Shown: positions 55,481 through 63,682, counted from the first letter of the stretch. The stretch is 64,000 bases of DNA from Eubacteriales bacterium (GCA_045541455.1 JAZQJA010000012.1:178-64177), one strand, 5' to 3'. Notes: a model not told the origin generated them from the sequence alone. A program made the numbers and translations.

Positions 55481-56767
55481 TTATTTATTTACTAAATCAA
55501 GTTTAGTTTTACGGCGATTTTTCACCTCATCAGTAATTGGTGTGATTTCACCTGCCAATGCAAGTGCCTGACGGGTAAGCAAAGGCCCAAACAGTTCATA
55601 AATCAAAACTGCAAAAAGTGTTATATTTCTAATAAGGTTGCCTTGCTCGCCAAGTTGCATAGCGGTGGCACACATTCCAAGCGCCACGCCGGCTTGTGGA
55701 AAAAGAGTTACGCCAAGATATTTACAAATTTCATCAGAACATTTTGTGATTTTTGCACTGAAAAAGGTGCCGATATATTTACCTATACAACGGAAAATTA
55801 TATATACAATACCTATAACCACTATTGCCCAGTGGCAAAATACAGACAGTTCCAGTTCTGCGCCGCTGATTACAAAAAACAATGCAAACAAGGGAGAAGT
55901 CCACTTATCAGATGCTGACATAAGGTCAAAAGAAAGGGGACATATATTGCAAAACACTGTACCGAGCATCATACAAACAAGAAGTGATGAAAAACGTATA
56001 TGTATAAAACCTACATGAAAATCAAGCATTGACAAAGATGCAGTTAAAAATACAATTGCTATTGTAAGATTAAGTCGGTTTGTATTTGAGTTAAACAGTT
56101 TTTCAAGTTGAGTTAATATCCAACCCATAATAGCGCCAAGAGCAAGAGAGCATATAATCTCAACAAGCGGATTTATAAATATTGATACAAAATCAACACT
56201 GCCGCTTACAAGCGTTCTGGAAATGCCAAAAGATACCGCAAAAACTATAAGGCCTACCGCATCGTCAAGTGCAACGATTGGTAAAAGTAGTTTTGTAAGA
56301 GGACCACGTGCTTTATATTGACGTACAACCATTAATGTTGCAGCGGGTGCTGTGGCCGTTGCAATGGCACCAAGTGTTATTGCCTGCGCCAATGTGAGTT
56401 GGTTAGGCATTAGCAGATGAACAGCGTAAAGAGCTACATCAACAAGTAAAGTTGCACATAGAGCTTGAATTACACCTATTGTAAAAGCTTGTCTGCCTGT
56501 CTTTTTAAGATCATCCAGCCTGAATTCGTTACCAATTGAAAAAGCAATAAAGCCAAGCGCTACCTCGGCAACAAGTGACAGGCTTGATACATCGTCCATA
56601 GATTCAAAGCCAATGCCGTTAATTCCAAATCTACCAAGACAATACGGACCAATAAGCACACCTGCTATAAGATATGCGGTAACCGAGGGGAGTTTTAACG
56701 GCTTAAAAAAGCGCGTCATTATCAGTCCCGCAAGTAACGCTATTGACACCGATAAGAGAATGTTCAT
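55481..56767 (-). CDS. cation:proton antiporter (CPA family Na+/H+ or K+/H+ exchanger)
   Basis: 428 aa, 12-13 TM segments. The N-terminus LP.VTAYL.AGVLIGPY.LG is typical of Kef/NapA-type exchangers. No TrkA/RCK domain is present. Confidence 0.85.
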   Translation of the reverse strand: MNILLSVSIALLAGLIMTRFFKPLKLPSVTAYLIAGVLIGPYCLGRFGINGIGFESMDDVSSLSLVAEVALGFIAFSIGNEFRLDDLKKTGRQAFTIGVIQALCATLLVDVALYAVHLLMPNQLTLAQAITLGAIATATAPAATLMVVRQYKARGPLTKLLLPIVALDDAVGLIVFAVSFGISRTLVSGSVDFVSIFINPLVEIICSLALGAIMGWILTQLEKLFNSNTNRLNLTIAIVFLTASLSMLDFHVGFIHIRFSSLLVCMMLGTVFCNICPLSFDLMSASDKWTSPLFALFFVISGAELELSVFCHWAIVVIGIVYIIFRCIGKYIGTFFSAKITKCSDEICKYLGVTLFPQAGVALGMCATAMQLGEQGNLIRNITLFAVLIYELFGPLLTRQALALAGEITPITDEVKNRRKTKLDLVNK

Positions 56768-57435
56768 TTTTTATCCTCACTTTTATATAAAATTATATTG
56801 TTAAATGCAACATAAAAAGCAACAAGAGTTAAACTAATAAGCACGCCGCCGATAATATCGGTAAACCAATGTACGCCTGAAAAAAGCCTTGCCAAAACTG
56901 TTAAGACAATTACTGAAATACAGATGGTTTTTCCGGTAATTCTTGTTTTTTGGTTATTTAAACGGGTATTGAATTGTATAAAAGCCGAAGACATTATACA
57001 ACACACCAGCATTGTATGAGAAGATGGGTAAGACGCTTCAAGTTCGCCATCTACAAGTATAGGACGGAAGTTTACAACAAACACCTCAAAAATGAGATAA
57101 ACAACAATCATAACAGCATAGAATGCCGCAAGTAAATATATGTCCTTATCAATTTTCTTGAAACTTTTTCTGGTAATAAGTTGGTATAAGCCGAAAATGG
57201 CAAAACCAAACATTACGGCAAACGAAAAATAGCCCAAAATTTCACTTACATTATACCAAAAATCGTTACTGCCTATGGTTTTATACACATAGTCATTTAC
57301 AGAAGAAAGGCCCACTAAAGAATTTAAAGGACCAATTGCCGATACATCTACAAACATCACCGAAACTGTAAATATGATAAATACAGCAAGAAAAAGAAAT
57401 GCAAGTAAAAGCAATTGTTTTGTGTTTGATTTCAT
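56764..57435 (-). CDS. PAP2 family phosphatase (membrane)
   Basis: Motifs YPSSHT and SGVHWFTDIIGG. It overlaps the downstream gene by 4 nt. Confidence 0.8.
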   Translation of the reverse strand: MKSNTKQLLLLAFLFLAVFIIFTVSVMFVDVSAIGPLNSLVGLSSVNDYVYKTIGSNDFWYNVSEILGYFSFAVMFGFAIFGLYQLITRKSFKKIDKDIYLLAAFYAVMIVVYLIFEVFVVNFRPILVDGELEASYPSSHTMLVCCIMSSAFIQFNTRLNNQKTRITGKTICISVIVLTVLARLFSGVHWFTDIIGGVLISLTLVAFYVAFNNIILYKSEDKK

Positions 57436-57447
57436 TAGATTTACTCC

Positions 57448-58083
57448 TCAATTTAATTTTAAAAGGTCAATTGCCTGTAAAAAATCATCAAGTTTTGCAA
57501 AAAGAACACTTTCGGTTTGCTTGTCAAACGGCATAACATCGGGAATAGCAATGCATTTCATACCTGCAGACACCGCAGATTTTATACCGTTTACAGAATC
57601 TTCAAAAACAATACAATCACGCGGATTTGCACCAAGCATTGACGCAGCCTTTAAGAAAATGTCGGGTGCGGGTTTCCCGTTTTCAACCATATCGCCGCCC
57701 AAAACAACATCAAAACTTTCAAGCACATTCAGTTTTTTTAGATTTGATTTTACCGTTTCGGTAGAAGAGCCTGATGCAACAGCCATTTTTATATTGTTTT
57801 GTTTTAAATATTCAATCAGTTCCGGTGCACCTTTCTTAAATGCCAAAACAATATTTTCTTTTACATACCGCCTTGAATCATCGTTGAATTTATCAACATC
57901 AAGAGTCGGAAAGTTTTTAGCAAGATAAGCTGACCAACCGGCTTTATTCATTCCGCAAACGAACGGTATATGTTCACCCACATTTTCAAAGCCTTGAAGT
58001 TCACCTGCGTATGTCCACGCAGGAATGCAAATTTTTTGAGTATCAAGCAGTGTACCATCCATATCAAATATTACATTTATCAT
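57448..58083 (-). CDS. HAD-IA family hydrolase (beta-phosphoglucomutase-like)
   Basis: Motif I FDMDGTLLDT, motif II ASGS, and motif III/IV K...P.IF ... VFEDS.NG. Confidence 0.88.
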   Translation of the reverse strand: MINVIFDMDGTLLDTQKICIPAWTYAGELQGFENVGEHIPFVCGMNKAGWSAYLAKNFPTLDVDKFNDDSRRYVKENIVLAFKKGAPELIEYLKQNNIKMAVASGSSTETVKSNLKKLNVLESFDVVLGGDMVENGKPAPDIFLKAASMLGANPRDCIVFEDSVNGIKSAVSAGMKCIAIPDVMPFDKQTESVLFAKLDDFLQAIDLLKLN

Positions 58084-58101
58084 TATATCACCACCGCAAA
58101 G

Positions 58102-58130
58102 ATTATAGCACGCGTTATATTTTTATTCAA
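58102..58130 (-). promoter_or_regulatory. sigma-A type promoter of the HAD-PAP2-antiporter operon
   Basis: On the minus strand: TTGAAT (58125-58130), a 17-nt spacer, then TATAAT (58102-58107). Confidence 0.5.
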
Positions 58131-58233
58131 GACATATCGACAAAAAATACAGTTATAAGTTGATAGCTTTTTATAAGTGCTATTTACTTAAACAACAACA
58201 CAAATCTATTTTTATTTTATTTTTAAAAAGATA

Positions 58234-58262
58234 TTGACTTTGAAAAATAAAGAGAGTACAAT
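58234..58262 (+). promoter_or_regulatory. sigma-A type promoter of the MATE transporter leader
   Basis: TTGACT (58234-58239), a 17-nt spacer, then TACAAT (58257-58262). This leaves a leader of about 160 nt before the ATG at 58428. Confidence 0.65.
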
Positions 58263-58290
58263 TAGCAAAAAGGTTGTATTGAGGTTTAAA

Positions 58291-58365
58291 ATGACATACC
58301 AACGAACGCGAAAAGAACACACATTTTTTCGACAGGCTAATGTCTGCCTTAATTTCACGTTTTAA
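58291..58365 (+). CDS. candidate 24-codon leader peptide (uORF) in the MATE leader
   Basis: GAGG SD (58281-58284) lies 6 nt before the ATG. The uORF translates MTYQRTRKEHTFFRQANVCLNFTF and ends in TAA. The stop lies 5 nt before the 5' arm of the leader terminator. There is no homology evidence. Confidence 0.35.
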   Translation: MTYQRTRKEHTFFRQANVCLNFTF

Positions 58366-58370
58366 TTTTT

Positions 58371-58407
58371 GGGAACTTGCCATACTAAGTATGGTAAGTT
58401 CCCTTTT
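58371..58407 (+). terminator. intrinsic terminator inside the 5' leader of the MATE gene (attenuator)
   Basis: GGGAACTTGCCATAC-taa-GTATGGTAAGTTCCC is a 15-bp stem with one G-T pair, followed by TTTTG. It ends 20 nt before the ATG and just upstream of the AGGAGG SD. The only upstream gene is divergent, so it cannot be the terminator of another gene. Confidence 0.7.
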
Positions 58408-58427
58408 GATTTATAGGAGGGGTTTTT

Positions 58428-59780
58428 ATGATTAAAGATATGACAAAAGGATCTGTAGTAACCAATATTGTAACCTTCTCCATTCCGGTTATGATAACCC
58501 TTTTGTGTCAAAGTCTGTTTACTACGGTAGATTCAATGACTGTAGGCAGGTTGGTTGATGCCAATGCGCTTGGCAGTGTCGCTTCGTGCAGTTCTATAAC
58601 AAATTTATTTATGCTGCTGGCAAACGGGTTCTCGGTTGGGTATAAAATTATTATCGGACAGTTTTTCGGTGCTGGTAAAGATAAAGATACCAAGCAGGCT
58701 ATATACACCTCTCTTATAATTATGGGCGCAATTTCGTTGGTCATTACAGTTTCCGGTGTATTATTAGCATCGCCTATGCTGAAATTACTAGATACAATAG
58801 ACGAGTTGTTTGAAGGCGCAAAATTGTATCTGACTCTTATTTTTGCTGGCATTTCACTCATTATATTCCGAAGCGGAATTAATAACATATTTTATGCACT
58901 CGGTGATACAAAAACACCTATGTACTTACAGATAGCACAGCTTGGTTTGCACATTTTGCTTGACTTCATACTGCTTGGTAAGTTTGAAATGGGCATTATG
59001 GGGCTTGCAGTTGCAGGTTGGATAAGCCGTGGTGTCACCATTATTCCGTTGATTTATCTTTTGATTAAGAGAATTAAAGAATTCTCTAATCCTGAACATT
59101 ATTTTAACATTGACACATTTAAAAAAATCAGCAAAATTGCAATACCGTCTTGCATTGCACATGCTGCAAGTGCACTGCAGGTTCTCCTGGTAAACAGGCT
59201 TATTAACTCTTTTGGCGTACATGTAGTTACAGGTAATAATATCGCAAGTAACATTAACGGCTTCTTTTTACTAATCGTTAACGCTATTGCATCGGCAGCA
59301 GGTGCATTTGCCTCACAAAACTATGGTGCAAAGCACATAAAACGTATTAAGCAGTGTGGTTTGATTTGCCTTGCAATCAATATTTTATACAGTATTTTTA
59401 TGGTGCTCGTTATAATTATATTTGGCAGACAACTCATTCATCTGTTCTTATCAGACACTACAGCTCCTACGCTATATGCCCAAATCACCGATTATGCTCA
59501 AAGGTATATGCTGGTGTATGCTTCATTTATTGTTATATACAACACAGGTCATGTTTACAGTGAAATATTGCGTTCTGTAGGTAAAATCCGTATAACTGTA
59601 GTATCTTCATTGATAGGAATCACCATGCGAGTAGTATGTACCTACTCACTTGCGTACCTTATTGGCGAGGCTGCTATTTATTGGGGATTGCCTTTCACTT
59701 GGTTTTTCTACTATTCTATTATTATTGTATATTTCTTTGTCGGCAAGTGGGTGCCCCACTATCGCTCAGTTCATAAATAA
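58428..59780 (+). CDS. MATE family efflux transporter
   Basis: 450 aa, 12 TM segments. The N-terminus MTKGSV..NI..FSIP.M...L.Q.LF..VDS..VG is typical of NorM/DinF-type MATE proteins. Confidence 0.92.
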   Translation: MIKDMTKGSVVTNIVTFSIPVMITLLCQSLFTTVDSMTVGRLVDANALGSVASCSSITNLFMLLANGFSVGYKIIIGQFFGAGKDKDTKQAIYTSLIIMGAISLVITVSGVLLASPMLKLLDTIDELFEGAKLYLTLIFAGISLIIFRSGINNIFYALGDTKTPMYLQIAQLGLHILLDFILLGKFEMGIMGLAVAGWISRGVTIIPLIYLLIKRIKEFSNPEHYFNIDTFKKISKIAIPSCIAHAASALQVLLVNRLINSFGVHVVTGNNIASNINGFFLLIVNAIASAAGAFASQNYGAKHIKRIKQCGLICLAINILYSIFMVLVIIIFGRQLIHLFLSDTTAPTLYAQITDYAQRYMLVYASFIVIYNTGHVYSEILRSVGKIRITVVSSLIGITMRVVCTYSLAYLIGEAAIYWGLPFTWFFYYSIIIVYFFVGKWVPHYRSVHK

Positions 59781-59807
59781 AAAAACACCCAATCGGGTGT
59801 TTTTTTA
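59779..59807. terminator. bidirectional intrinsic terminator between MATE and GH43 genes
   Basis: AAAAAACACCC-aatc-GGGTGTTTTTTT. Confidence 0.8.
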
Positions 59808-59812
59808 TTATA

Positions 59813-60691
59813 CTAATCTAATTGTAACACTAATGTATCATCTTTTTCACAAATTGGTATAATAACTGCTTTTTCTATAGTTTTATTAGGCGAATGGATG
59901 CACAAGTACATTTTCGAGTCAACATCACTGAAAATCATACCGTGACCGCCGTCGGTACCTGTCATTTCTTTAGAATACAGCAGTTTTTCCTGTTGAATCC
60001 ACTTTCCGTCTACTTTACCGTTTTCACTTCTTGCTATACCAACACAATAGCCGTCTTTATCAAAGTTAGACCAAATCATTAAAAGGCTGCCGTTTTTTGT
60101 AGTATACATAAAGCAACCGTCTGTAACTCTATGTCCGCACGCCCATTTTGGATCGTCTGCACGAAAGAGTTCAATTGGTTCACTTATTAAATGAGTTAAG
60201 TCATCTGATAATTTAGCTGCTGCCATTCTTCCGATACCGTCATCGGTACAAGTCCACTCATGCACAAAAATTAACCACGGTGTATTATCAGAATCTATAT
60301 ACAGCGTGCCGTCAATAGCGTCCCAATCACGCGGGGTTATAGTGCCGTCGGATATTTCTACAAACGGGCCTTCCGGAGAATCGGATTTCAATATAGTACA
60401 GCCTCTACGATTTAACTTTTTAGAATAATATGTTGTAAACATATAATATGCATCTTTATATTTATGCACCTCGGGCGCCCATCTGTTTTTTAAGGAGTCT
60501 TCGGGAACCACTGCTATCGGCTTACCAAGTTTTTTCCATTCACCATCAAGACTTCCGGTATCATTTTTATAACAATCCCACCACGATTGCTCGTTCCAAT
60601 CGCCCTCAACATTTGTGCCGTACATATAATATACACCGTTATCAACAAGAATAAACGGGTCTCTGAGTTTCGTTACATTAGTTATTATCAT
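59813..60691 (-). CDS. glycoside hydrolase family 43 protein
   Basis: Motifs LRDPFI, WAPEVHKY, DGT and DGCF-type blocks of a five-bladed propeller GH43. The start is set to the ATG at 60691 (MIITNV), which has a GGAGG SD 8 nt upstream. Confidence 0.85.
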   Translation of the reverse strand: MIITNVTKLRDPFILVDNGVYYMYGTNVEGDWNEQSWWDCYKNDTGSLDGEWKKLGKPIAVVPEDSLKNRWAPEVHKYKDAYYMFTTYYSKKLNRRGCTILKSDSPEGPFVEISDGTITPRDWDAIDGTLYIDSDNTPWLIFVHEWTCTDDGIGRMAAAKLSDDLTHLISEPIELFRADDPKWACGHRVTDGCFMYTTKNGSLLMIWSNFDKDGYCVGIARSENGKVDGKWIQQEKLLYSKEMTGTDGGHGMIFSDVDSKMYLCIHSPNKTIEKAVIIPICEKDDTLVLQLD

Positions 60692-60767
60692 AAAATTTAC
60701 CTCCATAAATATAATGCGAATTTGTTTAAATAGATTTGCATATACTGCATAACCCAAGTCATAACAC

Positions 60768-61610
60768 TTAAATTAAAAAACTATCTTTTTCTGATTTTTC
60801 CTTGTACTTATCCCATGCAGGAACACATATTTTTTCAAAAAAGTCATCTACCTTTTCTGGATGTACTGCTCCACACAACGCATCTCCTATACGGGTGTAT
60901 ACAGCTTTACCAACCGGGAAATAAGCTTCGGAATGATATTTTTGTTCATTATAATAAATATCAACCGGTCCGGCGCATTTTTTAAAATAAGTGTCAAAAT
61001 CACACATATTAATCAATCCCAATGATTGAAGTTCAATTAAATCGTCAAGTATTACCCCTATAGATTTATAATAGTCAGAAAAATCATTATAAAAAACTAT
61101 CGGACAATATTCTGTTTTTCCTTCATCTACATATTTCACTGAAATTTTTGCCAATTTCATAAACACAAGCGCTGCATTTTTATCCATTTGTTCTACTGTA
61201 TGTAACAAACCTTTTGGAATTGTCCCCGGAGCGTTGCATTCTTCAGCTAATATATTCGCCCAAATTATTTGAAACTCCAAATCAGATACAAGACGAGTCT
61301 TATCCATAAACTGAGCAAGCCAATCGGAGTCGATTTTCTCGGGTTCTGCCGTCGGAGTAATCATTTCTAAAGCTTTATTAACAATGTCGTATTGATTACA
61401 ATACTCTTTAACGGTTTTCTTTGCTTTGCTAATAAGTGCAGCTTTTGTCACTGGGTCATAATTACTGTTTTGAATATCCTCAATATATGTATCTATAGCA
61501 ATTTTTGTGGGTGTTTTGTGTGTTGCCACCCATCCCACAGCATTAGAAAGTCTGTCAATCAAATTATTAGCTACATCTGCAAAACCATCCAATGATATTA
61601 AACTTTCCAT
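60768..61610 (-). CDS. hypothetical protein, DUF2806-like
   Basis: The central block DSDWLAQFMDKTRLVSDLEFQIIWANILAEECNAPGTIPKGLLHTVEQMDKNAALVFMKL matches my recollection of the DUF2806 core (DxDW..F......S.E.MQ..WA.ILAGE...PG..S.RTL). No other domains are recognised. Confidence 0.5.
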   Translation of the reverse strand: MESLISLDGFADVANNLIDRLSNAVGWVATHKTPTKIAIDTYIEDIQNSNYDPVTKAALISKAKKTVKEYCNQYDIVNKALEMITPTAEPEKIDSDWLAQFMDKTRLVSDLEFQIIWANILAEECNAPGTIPKGLLHTVEQMDKNAALVFMKLAKISVKYVDEGKTEYCPIVFYNDFSDYYKSIGVILDDLIELQSLGLINMCDFDTYFKKCAGPVDIYYNEQKYHSEAYFPVGKAVYTRIGDALCGAVHPEKVDDFFEKICVPAWDKYKEKSEKDSFLI

Positions 61611-61673
61611 ATAGATCCCCCCTATTTTAAATCCACCATATCGGTATTTTACATCTCAATTTTATAATACAAT

Positions 61674-62264
61674 TCATTTTAAATTCATAGTTTTTGAATA
61701 CACAGTCATGCCTATACCGTAATCAAACACCAAAATATCCTTTGGCATTTTTGAAAATTTTATAGTTACAAATAAATCGCCCGCTGCACCCGAAATATTA
61801 ACTACCTGTAATATGTATACTACCCAAAACCATTGAGCAGGAACAACAGCATTTAAAATTGCAAAAACAACAGCAAACACAATAACAGGCGCAAGCGCAA
61901 TTGTAATATAACTACGTTTATCGTAATAATCATCACTACCTGCAAAAGCATACATACCCGTAAAACCATATTTTACCTTTTTAGTTCCAAAGTATTTCAT
62001 AGTAATGCCGTGAATAAGTTCATGTAAAACCATATATAAAGCAGCGCTTATTGACAAAACGATAAATCTGATAGAATATGAAAGCAAACCTTGCTGCATA
62101 TCAAAAAGTTTTGTAATCGGAATATAAAAATGCATTGGTACTGTCATTACAACTGCAATAACTATCGCAAGCACATTAACAAATACTGCTATTTTCTTGT
62201 TTTTTTGAAGGTTTACAGAATAAATTTCCGCGTATTCTTCAGGTAGATTCTGTAAGGATTTCAT
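61674..62264 (-). CDS. DUF3267-like putative membrane zincin peptidase
   Basis: Four TM segments with HELIHG at the end of TM2 and a G-rich distal segment (NISGAAGDL). This layout is typical of DUF3267. Confidence 0.6.
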   Translation of the reverse strand: MKSLQNLPEEYAEIYSVNLQKNKKIAVFVNVLAIVIAVVMTVPMHFYIPITKLFDMQQGLLSYSIRFIVLSISAALYMVLHELIHGITMKYFGTKKVKYGFTGMYAFAGSDDYYDKRSYITIALAPVIVFAVVFAILNAVVPAQWFWVVYILQVVNISGAAGDLFVTIKFSKMPKDILVFDYGIGMTVYSKTMNLK

Positions 62265-62532
62265 AATATTCTCCTCTGATATAAGTATGCAATGTATATA
62301 TTTAAAAAAATATTAACACATTTTTTATTACATTACAAGACTAAGTATTTACTATAAATTCTACTACAGGTAGATGTTTGCATTCTTGTACTACGAACAG
62401 ATGAGTTCGTTATAAATAATAACAATATGAAGATGGGACTATACAAGTATTATTACTTGATGTCATACCGTTGCTAAGTAAATAGATTATATACTGGCTC
62501 ACACGAATTACATATCATTCCTTAGGATTGGA

Positions 62533-62566
62533 TAAAAAAACGAAGATTTCTCTTCGTTCTTTTTTG
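62533..62566 (-). terminator. intrinsic terminator after the lipoprotein gene
   Basis: ACGAAGA-tttc-TCTTCGT is flanked by A-run and T-run. Confidence 0.7.
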
Positions 62567-62616
62567 TGACCGACACTCAAAATAGAACCGGTCTAAAAAC
62601 CTGATTTTCTTTAATT

Positions 62617-63165
62617 CTATTCGAATATATTTTCTATTGGATTGCTAAACTCAAATCTTATAATTTTAATACCGAAATATTCTTCCAATTGTTCATTTGT
62701 AAGGGGAGTAACTTCGTTATGTGTTACTTTCTCCGAAGTTTTATATTCCTCGACATAATTAATACAAGGAACTCGTTCAGAATCCTCTGGATCACCTAAA
62801 TAATATCCACCAGAACCATAAAACAAATTCACCTTTGACTCAGTATTAATTCTACCTTTAACAAGTACTGATTCTGTATTTTCTTCAAGTTCTAAAATCA
62901 ACCTTTTTTGTTCTTCTCCGCTTTTTAAAGATTGATACCAAGTACGCGAATAATCGAGAAACGGAAACGGATTCGAAAGGTCATAACCATCAAATTTGCA
63001 AACAACTGTATCCTCAATTATATGTCTTTCACCATTAATTTCATATTCTAAAACAAAAGGAAACTCACCTTCCGTTATTTGTGGTGTAGGCTCGTATCCT
63101 TTTTCACAACCAGAAAGGCAAAAAATCATTATGAAAACAATTATTATTGAAAAGAATCTTTTCAT
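62617..63165 (-). CDS. lipoprotein of unknown function
   Basis: Signal peptide with lipobox FCLSGC. No recognisable domain. An ATG at 63165 is preceded by an in-frame GTG at 63168. Confidence 0.6.
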   Translation of the reverse strand: MKRFFSIIIVFIMIFCLSGCEKGYEPTPQITEGEFPFVLEYEINGERHIIEDTVVCKFDGYDLSNPFPFLDYSRTWYQSLKSGEEQKRLILELEENTESVLVKGRINTESKVNLFYGSGGYYLGDPEDSERVPCINYVEEYKTSEKVTHNEVTPLTNEQLEEYFGIKIIRFEFSNPIENIFE

Positions 63166-63187
63166 CACATCACCGACCCTTTAGTGT

Positions 63188-63216
63188 ATTATAACATAAA
63201 AACGGTAAAGCCACAA
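63188..63216 (-). promoter_or_regulatory. candidate sigma-A promoter of the lipoprotein gene
   Basis: On the minus strand: TTGTGG (63211-63216), a 17-nt spacer, then TATAAT (63188-63193). Confidence 0.45.
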
Positions 63217-63222
63217 GAGTTA

Positions 63223-63397
63223 GTGAAATATTCGGCTTACGCCGAATGTGAAATAATGACCTGCGGTCATTGTGAAATTTTCTGCTACGCAGAAAGTGAA
63301 ATGAAATTCGCCTCTTAACATTTGCGAAGCAAATATTTCACAGAGAAGCTATTTCATTTGGCGAAGCCAAATTTCACTCGCCGCAGGCGAATTTCGT
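63223..63397. repeat. array of eight GTGAAAT-type heptamers (4 forward, 4 inverted), most abutting a distinct short hairpin
   Basis: Forward GTGAAAT occurs at 63223, 63248, 63272 and 63296. Inverted ATTTCAC/ATTTCAT/ATTTCAC/ATTTCGT occurs at 63335, 63351, 63371 and 63391. Adjacent hairpins lie at 63230-63247, 63255-63271, 63279-63295, 63320-63334, 63356-63372 and 63378-63390. The region is non-coding in all six frames. Confidence 0.8.
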
Positions 63398-63399
63398 TG

Positions 63400-63438
63400 A
63401 AAAAAGAGAGCAAGTCTTTTGACTTGCTCTCTTTTTTC
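63400..63438 (-). terminator. intrinsic terminator of the rrn-tRNA operon
   Basis: AGAGAGCAAGTC-tttt-GACTTGCTCTCT is a 12-bp stem flanked by A-run and T-run, immediately 3' of tRNA-Asn. Confidence 0.8.
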
Positions 63439-63514
63439 TGGCTCCCCCTGTTGGACTCGAACCAACGACAACTCGGTTAACAGCCGAGTGCTCTACCGAC
63501 TGAGCTAAGGAGGA
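63439..63514 (-). tRNA. tRNA-Asn (GTT)
   Basis: A 76-nt cloverleaf on the minus strand: TCCTCCT acceptor, anticodon loop CT-GTT-AA, GTTCGAGTC T-loop and an encoded CCA. Confidence 0.95.
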
Positions 63515-63524
63515 ATGTTTTATC

Positions 63525-63599
63525 TGGTGACCCCTAGGAGAATCGAACTCCTGTTTTCAGCGTGAGAGGCTGACGTCTTAACCGCTTGACCAAGGGGCC
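63525..63599 (-). tRNA. tRNA-Glu (CTC)
   Basis: A 75-nt cloverleaf on the minus strand: GGCCCCT acceptor, anticodon loop CT-CTC-AC, GTTCGATTC T-loop and an encoded CCA. Confidence 0.92.
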
Positions 63600-63601
63600 A
63601 T

Positions 63602-63677
63602 TGGTGCACCATCAGGGACTCGAACCCGGGACCCACTGATTAAGAGTCAGTTGCTCTACCAACTGAGCTAATGGTGC
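63602..63677 (-). tRNA. tRNA-Lys (CTT)
   Basis: A 76-nt cloverleaf on the minus strand: GCACCAT acceptor, anticodon loop CT-CTT-AA, GTTCGAGTC T-loop and an encoded CCA. Confidence 0.95.
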
Positions 63678-63682
63678 ATTTA

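Noticed and set aside
58180-58383. 67-aa minus-strand ORF in the MATE leader region
   Set aside because: It spans the MATE promoter and half of the leader terminator. It has no SD and an odd composition. The region is better explained as a plus-strand regulatory leader.
62265-62616. 352-nt ORF-free gap examined for a degraded gene, integrase remnant, att site or RNA gene
   Set aside because: I found only a terminator (62533-62566) and short hairpins. There is no tRNA-derived direct repeat, no conserved RNA motif I recognise, and only very short ORFs (16 codons or fewer with ATG). It is left unexplained rather than annotated.
63223-63397. CRISPR array interpretation of the repeat region
   Set aside because: The conserved unit is only 7 nt, the intervening segments are 16-18 nt palindromes rather than unique spacers, the orientation flips halfway through, and no cas genes are present.
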